The position numbers and the translations under genes are program-made. Under the pieces are notes generated by a model. It was given only the letters and a program-made list of their open reading frames with translations. It did not search any database and was not told the DNA's origin. Shown here piece after piece: positions 1-4,157 of a stretch of DNA of 4,832 nucleotides; within the stretch, counting starts at the first letter, position 1, and every line of letters begins with the position of its first letter. Source of the stretch: a virus (taxonomy: Duplodnaviria > Heunggongvirae > Uroviricota > Caudoviricetes); the IMG/VR virus record IMGVR_UViG_2778261356_000007; one strand, 5' to 3'.

Positions 1-289
1 GTGGCCACTGGCAGGATTTCACGTGACGTAATAACCAGTCAGACAGTGCACCTGCACCACCTGCTGCACGAATAACCCGCTCATCGCTGAAAAATGGCAG
101 TAATGTTTTATCCTCTGCCAGCGGCTGTCGAACGGCAGGAACGACTCCGGACGGCATACCGCGCATGTTTTTCGGTTCCGGCTCCACCAATATTCTGCCG
201 TTATGGAATGCTGACATTGATTCACGGCCCGGCTTAAGGAGCACCATCCCGAGTTCCGGTACCAGAACAGGTCGAAGTAATACCCGCAC
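1..289 (-). CDS. Hypothetical protein, partial (C-terminus beyond left window edge)
   Basis: Minus-strand frame is open from 364 down to position 2 by manual translation, and this frame is not in the supplied ORF track. GTG at 289..287 lies 1 nt after the TAA stop (293..291) of the upstream gene and is preceded by GGAGG (4-nt spacer). The next in-frame ATG is 247..245. Translation looks protein-like (…NGRILVEPEPKNMRGMPSGVVPAVRQPLAEDKTLLPFFSDERVIRAAGGAGALSDW…). No family recognised. Confidence 0.4.
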   Translation of the reverse strand, partial: MRVLLRPVLVPELGMVLLKPGRESMSAFHNGRILVEPEPKNMRGMPSGVVPAVRQPLAEDKTLLPFFSDERVIRAAGGAGALSDWLLRHVKSCQWP

Positions 290-290
290 G

Positions 291-569
291 TTACCTCCAG
301 ATGCGCTGCTGGAATGTGCGGGACGGACGCGGTGGGCGTTCGGAATAAGGGAGCCTGACGGAGATTATCCAGTGACGACGATCGAAGCTGAGATCTTTCT
401 GAAACTCGTAACCACGTCTGCGGTAGCACTGGATCAGCCATTCGGCCTGTTCTTCAGTGCATGGGTCATGCTGGAACCAGTCAGATTTGAATGTGTGAGA
501 ACGCCGCCCGTGCCTGCTGGCAAAGACGGCAGAATCATCAGAATAGTGTAATTTGGTATCGTGCGCCAT
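291..569 (-). CDS. Hypothetical small protein (about 92 aa)
   Basis: Subset of track ORF 291..650. Start placed at ATG 569..567 (MAHDTKLHYSDD…) because the track's TTG start at 650 falls inside the terminator hairpin. Ends at TAA 293..291, immediately followed by the next gene's SD and start. SD for the ATG is weak. No family recognised. Confidence 0.4.
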   Translation of the reverse strand: MAHDTKLHYSDDSAVFASRHGRRSHTFKSDWFQHDPCTEEQAEWLIQCYRRRGYEFQKDLSFDRRHWIISVRLPYSERPPRPSRTFQQRIWR

Positions 570-644
570 CGGTTGTCTCTGCTGGCGCAGCAGGTGCCAG
601 TTGTTCAGGCTGGCGTGCAAATTGTAAACCAGAATGCTAGGAAA

Positions 645-672
645 AAACAAAACCCGCCGAAGCGGGTTTTGT
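645..672 (-). terminator. Rho-independent terminator (hairpin CCCGC-cgaa-GCGGG flanked by A- and T-runs); strong for minus strand, weaker for plus
   Basis: Stem 653-657/662-666 with tetraloop 658-661. On the minus strand the hairpin is followed by TTTTGTTTTTTCC; on the plus strand by TTTTGTC. Carries copy 1 of the 23-bp repeat. Confidence 0.6.
646..668. repeat. 23-bp exact direct repeat, copy 1 (aacaaaacccgccgaagcgggtt)
   Basis: Identical 23-mer at 646-668 and 1994-2016, read directly from the sequence; each copy contains a terminator hairpin. Confidence 0.9.
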
Positions 673-684
673 CAGTACTGAATA

Positions 685-834
685 TCAAGCTGCGTGCTTG
701 CCACTACAACTGCAAAGTGGGATCGGGAAAGGCTTCCCTTTTTTCGCGTGGCGCATTACACCATCTACACACACAGAGTAGCGAAAAATGATCTCACATG
801 GACAGCCACATTTGCGACAGGTACCCATTGCCAT
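685..834 (-). CDS. Candidate small Cys-rich protein (about 49 aa); speculative
   Basis: Subset of track ORF 685..867, starting at ATG 834..832 (MAMGTCRKCGCPCEIIFRYSVCVDGVMRHAKKGKPFPIPLCSCSGKHAA). Seven cysteines including CxxCxCxC and CxC clusters. TGA stop at 687..685 lies about 12 nt before the 645-672 terminator. SD is weak and no homology is recognised. Confidence 0.2.
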   Translation of the reverse strand: MAMGTCRKCGCPCEIIFRYSVCVDGVMRHAKKGKPFPIPLCSCSGKHAA

Positions 835-977
835 GATTTCGTTTTCCCTGCTCACCTGTGAATCCACACAGGTTGCACTTTGTTGGGAGAACCACTACAC
901 TTCGCTTGTCTACAAAAAGTGTTGTGATTGGATTATCTCCATACACTACGGAATGTGTTAGCGCACTTTCCGTCCCT

Positions 978-1003
978 AAAAGCCCTGTTAGCGCAGGGCT
1001 TTT
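978..1003 (-). terminator. Hairpin AAAAGCCCTG-n6-CAGGGCTTTT overlapping the peptidase stop codon; likely intrinsic terminator of the HTH-peptidase operon
   Basis: Perfect 10-bp inverted repeat (978-987 / 994-1003) with 6-nt loop. GC core GCCCTG/CAGGGC is flanked by A4 and T4, so it is symmetric; on the minus strand the T-run is followed by AGGGACGG. Confidence 0.45.
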
Positions 1004-1478
1004 ACATATAAAAATCGAACGACATCTGTTGTGTTCTCACGCCAATTGTTTCCAGTACGATATCCGCAAATGTATCTGCCTGCCATTCTGCATCCTCAAT
1101 ACGAGTAGGTTCTTTAACTGAAAAGTGTAAAACTGCTTTGTGTCCAAGAAGCAAATGACCTAGCTCGTGGAAGATAACAGCAAGTGCATGCTCTTCCCCA
1201 AGGCAAGCATTCACATATATTTTATTGGGAACCGTAATTGTTAGAGAAGCGGGGTCACAATGTCCGATAGTTAGATCATACGTCAGAGCCTCCCACTCTT
1301 TGTCGGTCCTGACGTCAAGAGTAACCCCATAAATTGACAGGCTTTCAAAGAACATATCATAACGCTTTCTTTTGCGCTTTGAGGCTGTAAGACCAATAGC
1401 ATTACAGAAGTTTATAGCTCTGTAGGCTATTTCTTCTTCTTGCATCGGTGACACCCTGTTACCTCTCATTTGATACAT
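1002..1478 (-). CDS. ImmA/IrrE-family (COG2856, peptidase M78-like) zinc metallopeptidase, 158 aa
   Basis: Track ORF. Contains FHELGHLLLGH, i.e. HEXXH at residues 104-108 (nt 1169..1155) with further His at 113 and 118, the signature of ImmA/IrrE-type metallopeptidases. ATG 1478 is preceded by GAGGGG with a 5-nt spacer and lies 2 nt after the stop of the upstream HTH gene. Family call is by motif and gene context only; no HMM run. Confidence 0.8.
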   Translation of the reverse strand: MYQMRGNRVSPMQEEEIAYRAINFCNAIGLTASKRKRKRYDMFFESLSIYGVTLDVRTDKEWEALTYDLTIGHCDPASLTITVPNKIYVNACLGEEHALAVIFHELGHLLLGHKAVLHFSVKEPTRIEDAEWQADTFADIVLETIGVRTQQMSFDFYM

Positions 1479-1480
1479 AA

Positions 1481-1840
1481 TTACCCCTCATTGTTATTAA
1501 TCTTTTGCAATAAATCTGCAAAACTCTTTAGCTGTTCCGGCGTAAACTGCGACTTAGCGAATCCCGCTACAAGCATTTTCTGTTGCTGAGACAAACCGTT
1601 TACTGGAACTGAGTCATTCGCAACTGCCGCTAACTCCTGTAACCCTTCAATTTCTACACCTTTGGCCTTGAAGTAAGAATCAATCATCTTAACCCACTTC
1701 AGAGGTATTTTTTTGCTACCAGTTTCTAAACCGCTAAGAAACGCTGGCGTAGTGCCCAGTTCTTGAGACATAGTCAGAAGAGTACTGTCAGTATCGATCC
1801 TCGCTTTTCTAACGGCCTTACCGAATTCAGTGAGTGCCAT
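1481..1840 (-). CDS. XRE/Cro-C1-family helix-turn-helix DNA-binding protein, 119 aa, with about 50-aa C-terminal extension
   Basis: Track ORF. N-terminal segment FGKAVRKARIDTDSTLLTMSQELGTTPAFLSGLETGSKKIPLKWVKMI is a classic HTH_3 pattern. ATG 1840 is preceded by GAGG (8-nt spacer). Stop TAA 1483..1481 is 2 nt from the peptidase start. Confidence 0.8.
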   Translation of the reverse strand: MALTEFGKAVRKARIDTDSTLLTMSQELGTTPAFLSGLETGSKKIPLKWVKMIDSYFKAKGVEIEGLQELAAVANDSVPVNGLSQQQKMLVAGFAKSQFTPEQLKSFADLLQKINNNEG

Positions 1841-1993
1841 GATTTTATCCTCAATTTGTTGATTTAGCAGACTTGCCTAACGCAAGCCTGATGGGCGCTT
1901 AAATTCTAATTCCTAAAATTTACCATATATGAAAGCAAAGTAAACCTTTTTAGTTAAAAAAATCTCCTTTAAGGGAATTTTTTTCACAAAAAG
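1841..1993 (-). promoter_or_regulatory. AT-rich intergenic region expected to hold the cassette's own promoter and operator(s); elements not resolved
   Basis: The hok terminator lies immediately upstream on the minus strand, so the HTH-peptidase pair needs its own promoter here. Only weak -35/-10 candidates and short AT-rich palindromes (e.g. TTTTTAgtTAAAAA around 1946-1959) were seen; no assignment made. Confidence 0.25.
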
Positions 1994-2018
1994 AACAAAA
2001 CCCGCCGAAGCGGGTTAA
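1981..2018 (-). terminator. Rho-independent terminator of the hok mRNA
   Basis: Same CCCGC-cgaa-GCGGG hairpin; on the minus strand it is followed by TTTTGTTCTTTTTGTG. Plus-strand function is unlikely because the hairpin is followed by TTAAGTG. Confidence 0.6.
1994..2016. repeat. 23-bp exact direct repeat, copy 2 (aacaaaacccgccgaagcgggtt)
   Basis: Identical to 646-668. Confidence 0.9.
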
Positions 2019-2084
2019 GTGCGGGTGCGTTGAGGATGCCTGACACATCAGAGGTGGCGAGGGATTTCTCCCCCGCCAGGTCTC

Positions 2085-2240
2085 TTACTCCTCAGGTTCG
2101 TAAGCTGTGAAGACAGCGACCTCCGTCTGGCCGGTTCGGATTCGTACCTCGCAGAGGTCTTTCCTCGTTACCAGTGCCGTCACAATGACGGTTAAACAGA
2201 TGACGATCAGGGCGATTAGCATCGCCTTTTGCTGCTTCAT
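2085..2240 (-). CDS. hokD: Hok/Gef-family type I toxin, 51 aa (HokD/RelF-like)
   Basis: C-terminal 51 codons of track ORF 2085..2297: MKQQKAMLIALIVICLTVIVTALVTRKDLCEVRIRTGQTEVAVFTAYEPEE. From memory this matches E. coli HokD (RelF) and is very close to HokC/Gef; not verified by search. ATG 2240 is preceded by AGGAG with a 9-nt spacer. Confidence 0.85.
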   Translation of the reverse strand: MKQQKAMLIALIVICLTVIVTALVTRKDLCEVRIRTGQTEVAVFTAYEPEE

Positions 2241-2297
2241 AGCCTGCTGCTCCTTGCCTTTCGGCGCATAAGAGGCTAATCTAAGTGTGCAAGTCAT
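2085..2297 (-). CDS. mok: Mok-like in-frame N-terminally extended reading frame overlapping hok (70 aa)
   Basis: Track ORF starting at ATG 2297 (MTCTLRLASYAPKGKEQQA-MKQQ…), preceded by GAGG with an 8-nt spacer. The extension resembles the MokC arrangement recalled from E. coli, where Mok is an in-frame upstream extension of Hok. Confidence 0.55.
   Translation of the reverse strand: MTCTLRLASYAPKGKEQQAMKQQKAMLIALIVICLTVIVTALVTRKDLCEVRIRTGQTEVAVFTAYEPEE
2254..2282 (+). promoter_or_regulatory. Candidate sigma70 promoter of a Sok-like antisense RNA (TTGCCT -17 bp- TAATCT)
   Basis: -35 TTGCCT at 2254-2259, 17-bp spacer, -10 TAATCT at 2277-2282, on the strand opposite hok and inside the mok/hok 5' coding region, where Sok promoters sit in hok/sok loci. 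Confidence 0.4.
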
Positions 2298-2362
2298 AGA
2301 TATGGCCTCAGATTAATGTTAAGCGTCCTGCAAGACGCATAATGTTAACTGGGGCTTTTCTC
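2289..2362 (+). ncRNA. sok: Candidate Sok-like antisense RNA (about 70 nt)
   Basis: Predicted start just downstream of the promoter above. The transcript would be antisense to the mok start codon and SD (2297-2309), contain hairpin GCGTC-ctgcaa-GACGC (2323-2338) flanked by the repeated TAATGTTAA, and end in the T-rich stretch 2355-2363 (CTTTTCTCT). Ends are approximate. Confidence 0.35.
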
Positions 2363-2416
2363 TGTCTGCCTTACGTCGGCATGCCCGAGGCAGACAGCCT
2401 CAAGCACCCGCAGCAA

Positions 2417-2444
2417 TTCTACTTAACTCTTCTTTCCCCGCAAA
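2417..2444 (-). promoter_or_regulatory. Candidate promoter of the hok/mok mRNA (minus strand: TTGCGG -16 bp- TAGAAT)
   Basis: Reverse complement of 2439-2444 gives TTGCGG and of 2417-2422 gives TAGAAT. A start near 2409 would give an mRNA of about 410 nt to the terminator, with a 5' end complementary to the 3' region. Confidence 0.3.
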
Positions 2445-2530
2445 CCGTTTTTATCCCCAGCGGCAAATCGAATACACCACCAGCGCCACCGCCATTGCAA
2501 TTCCTACCGTTATGAACGCTTCAGGCCAGG

Positions 2531-3046
2531 TCATCGTAAAATATTCTCCTCGTTTATCAGTCCGTTTCGCTTCAGGTAGTCCATCGCCTTATCCGGTAAT
2601 TTGCAGTCCGGCTTCGCTTTTTTCAGTTGGCTGACCAGCCGTTTAACCCACATTGCTAATTCGCTAACCTGATTGCCGGATGCTGGTGGATTGTCGGCTT
2701 TACCCAGAATGGCAGCACAGCAGGCCTCTCTGAGCACCCAGTCAACAGCATCCTTCCATGCTCCTGTTTCGACTGGCGGATTCTCACGCTTTACCTGTTC
2801 ATAAAAGCGCACAGCTTTAACCAGTCCTTCTGATGTCACCGGGACTGGCGGGCCGATGAATAAGGCCTGAATTTCATAGTTCGGCCTGTCGTTACAATCC
2901 TCTTTTGTCGGTACATATTTCCAGTCACCAGCCCACAGCTTCCCCTGAAAGTCTGTAACGTCTTTTTTCACGTAGCGATATCGCCATGCAACTGGTTTTG
3001 CCTGCCCTGCCGTTTCATGCCCTTCCTGATAATTAATCTCGCTCAT
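2531..3046 (-). CDS. Hypothetical phage protein, 171 aa
   Basis: Track ORF with protein-like composition. ATG 3046..3044 overlaps the TGA stop of the upstream 58-aa ORF (ATGA overlap). No family recognised with confidence. Confidence 0.7.
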   Translation of the reverse strand: MSEINYQEGHETAGQAKPVAWRYRYVKKDVTDFQGKLWAGDWKYVPTKEDCNDRPNYEIQALFIGPPVPVTSEGLVKAVRFYEQVKRENPPVETGAWKDAVDWVLREACCAAILGKADNPPASGNQVSELAMWVKRLVSQLKKAKPDCKLPDKAMDYLKRNGLINEENILR

Positions 3047-3219
3047 TCATCGCCCCACTCATCACAATATGCTTCGACCGGAGTTTTTCCTGCTTCATAG
3101 TCATCACGCCATGCTTCAGCATCGGCGGCACTTCCACCACGTAACTCTGCATAGTCCATTAACAGTTCATGCCATTCTTCAAAACTGACGTTGTATTTAG
3201 TTGAACCAAAATCAGCCAT
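3043..3219 (-). CDS. Small acidic protein, 58 aa (not in the supplied ORF track)
   Basis: Manual translation: MADFGSTKYNVSFEEWHELLMDYAELRGGSAADAEAWRDDYEAGKTPVEAYCDEWGDE. ATG 3219..3217 overlaps the stop of the upstream 60-aa gene (ATGGCTGA), and its TGA 3045..3043 overlaps the ATG of the 171-aa gene, so it is translationally coupled on both sides. Confidence 0.5.
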   Translation of the reverse strand: MADFGSTKYNVSFEEWHELLMDYAELRGGSAADAEAWRDDYEAGKTPVEAYCDEWGDE

Positions 3220-3394
3220 TTTGTTCTTCCTCTTCGTCTTTTATTTCGTGATATGAGTAATTGCAGTAGTTAAAGAAAATTTCTTTTGCTTCGTCATGAA
3301 TTTCATCAGGTGTTGCGTCATCGTCCACTTCGAATACATCCTCAAAATCTCCACCGGCTATTCCCGTTTCAATAATTATTTTGAACTTTCGCAT
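3212..3394 (-). CDS. Small highly acidic protein, 60 aa
   Basis: Track ORF MRKFKIIIETGIAGGDFEDVFEVDDDATPDEIHDEAKEIFFNYCNYSYHEIKDEEEEQNG, roughly one third D/E. ATG at 3394. Gene and upstream intergenic region are visibly AT-richer than flanking genes. Confidence 0.55.
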   Translation of the reverse strand: MRKFKIIIETGIAGGDFEDVFEVDDDATPDEIHDEAKEIFFNYCNYSYHEIKDEEEEQNG

Positions 3395-3541
3395 TTCACT
3401 ACCGCCCTGCCGGGCGGTCTCCTGATGTTCTGAGGGTGCAGGAATCCCTCCGGTTAAGGATTAAATTTTATTTACAGTGCTGATTTTAATTATTCAGTTC
3501 TGGATTATGCTTTCTCTTTCACCTGCCGTAGTTCCTGGTAA

Positions 3542-3847
3542 TTAATTTCGCTCACTGGTTGCCTCCTGGAAAATAACTGCATGCCCCAGTTTCTCCGCCA
3601 GTGCCAGCTCTGCCTTAGCGCCTGCCGACCGCTGCCAGCCTTTCAGCATATAAACCGCATCCACACAACGAATCATTGCCATCCAAATATCCATGTAATG
3701 TGGCTGAGTCAGCCCGTCCGGAAGTACTGCGGGATTTAATACGGTATGCCCTTCCTGTTTCAGTGCTTCTTCCGCCTTGTGAAACGCCTCACGGTTGAAA
3801 TTTTCATATCCCGTCATCGGACCGGCGATATAAATTCTCACCCTCAC
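3542..3847 (-). CDS. DUF4406-family protein (nucleoside 2-deoxyribosyltransferase-like fold), 101 aa
   Basis: Track ORF with N-terminus MRVRIYIAGPMTGYENFNREAFHKAEEALKQEGH, matching the IAGPM(T/S)G N-terminal signature I recall for DUF4406 proteins common in enterobacterial prophages. GTG start 3847 overlaps the upstream stop (GTGA). Confidence 0.7.
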   Translation of the reverse strand: MRVRIYIAGPMTGYENFNREAFHKAEEALKQEGHTVLNPAVLPDGLTQPHYMDIWMAMIRCVDAVYMLKGWQRSAGAKAELALAEKLGHAVIFQEATSERN

Positions 3848-4125
3848 GCCTGAACCCTCCTGTCGAAATAAACGTAGTTATTCACTGCGCCCAACTTCAT
3901 CCCAAACTTTTCGGCAATTTCCCGTCGGGGTACGCCACGCTGATGCAGTTGCCGCGCCAGCTCAATATCACGCTGTGAACATTTGGCTGACTGGTGATAA
4001 TCACCCCGTAACATCATGCAGATACCCAGTTCCCGCGCTTTCGTCCTGACGGCAGCCCCACTACGGCCAATCAGACTGCCGATGCTTTCGACTGTCATCG
4101 TTCCCGCACACTGCCGGAGTATCAT
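3844..4125 (-). CDS. Small DNA-binding protein with two predicted HTH motifs (about 93 aa; start ambiguous)
   Basis: Track ORF 3844..4248, trimmed because its first about 41 codons overlap the upstream gene and are W/R-rich. ATG 4125..4123 (MILRQCAGTMTVESIG…) has a GGCGG-like SD; ATG 4098 is an alternative. HTH-like segments: TVESIGSLIGRSGAAVRTKAREL and VPRREIAEKFGMKLGAVNNYV. Confidence 0.55.
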   Translation of the reverse strand: MILRQCAGTMTVESIGSLIGRSGAAVRTKARELGICMMLRGDYHQSAKCSQRDIELARQLHQRGVPRREIAEKFGMKLGAVNNYVYFDRRVQA

Positions 4126-4157
4126 AATTTCCGCCCAGCGCCACTTCTTCCAGCCAC

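Noticed and set aside
19-441. Track ORF, minus strand, 140 aa
   Set aside because: Overlaps the two better-supported minus-strand frames; translation is rich in W, C and R with low-complexity stretches, and it has no sensible start context.
165-551. Track ORF, plus strand, 128 aa
   Set aside because: Antisense to the two minus-strand genes that show a proper stop/SD/start junction at 287-293; S/T/R/P-rich composition typical of an off-frame read. All other convincing genes are on the minus strand.
570-650. N-terminal extension of track ORF 291..650 (TTG start at 650)
   Set aside because: The start would lie inside the terminator hairpin/U-tract; the internal ATG at 569 is preferred.
725-744. 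Plus-strand hairpin GGGAA-aggc-TTCCC followed by T6, resembling a terminator
   Set aside because: No plus-strand transcript is expected to arrive here (the 645-672 terminator is just upstream and there is no plus-strand gene); the stem is weak. Probably incidental.
561-791. Track ORF, plus strand, 76 aa
   Set aside because: Reads straight through the terminator hairpin at 645-672 and the intergenic region; implausible.
858-1121. Track ORF, plus strand, 87 aa
   Set aside because: Antisense to the 3' end of the metallopeptidase gene and crosses its terminator hairpin; no start context.
1841-1993. Specific -35/-10 promoter and operator assignment for the HTH-peptidase cassette
   Set aside because: Several weak hexamer combinations and AT-rich palindromes exist but none is convincing by eye; reported only as a regulatory region.
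646-2016. The 23-bp direct repeats as attL/attR of an integrative element or transposon target-site duplication
   Set aside because: No integrase, recombinase or transposase and no terminal inverted repeats are present between the copies; 23 bp is long for a target-site duplication. Recombination at a shared terminator (moron exchange) fits better, though this is not proven.
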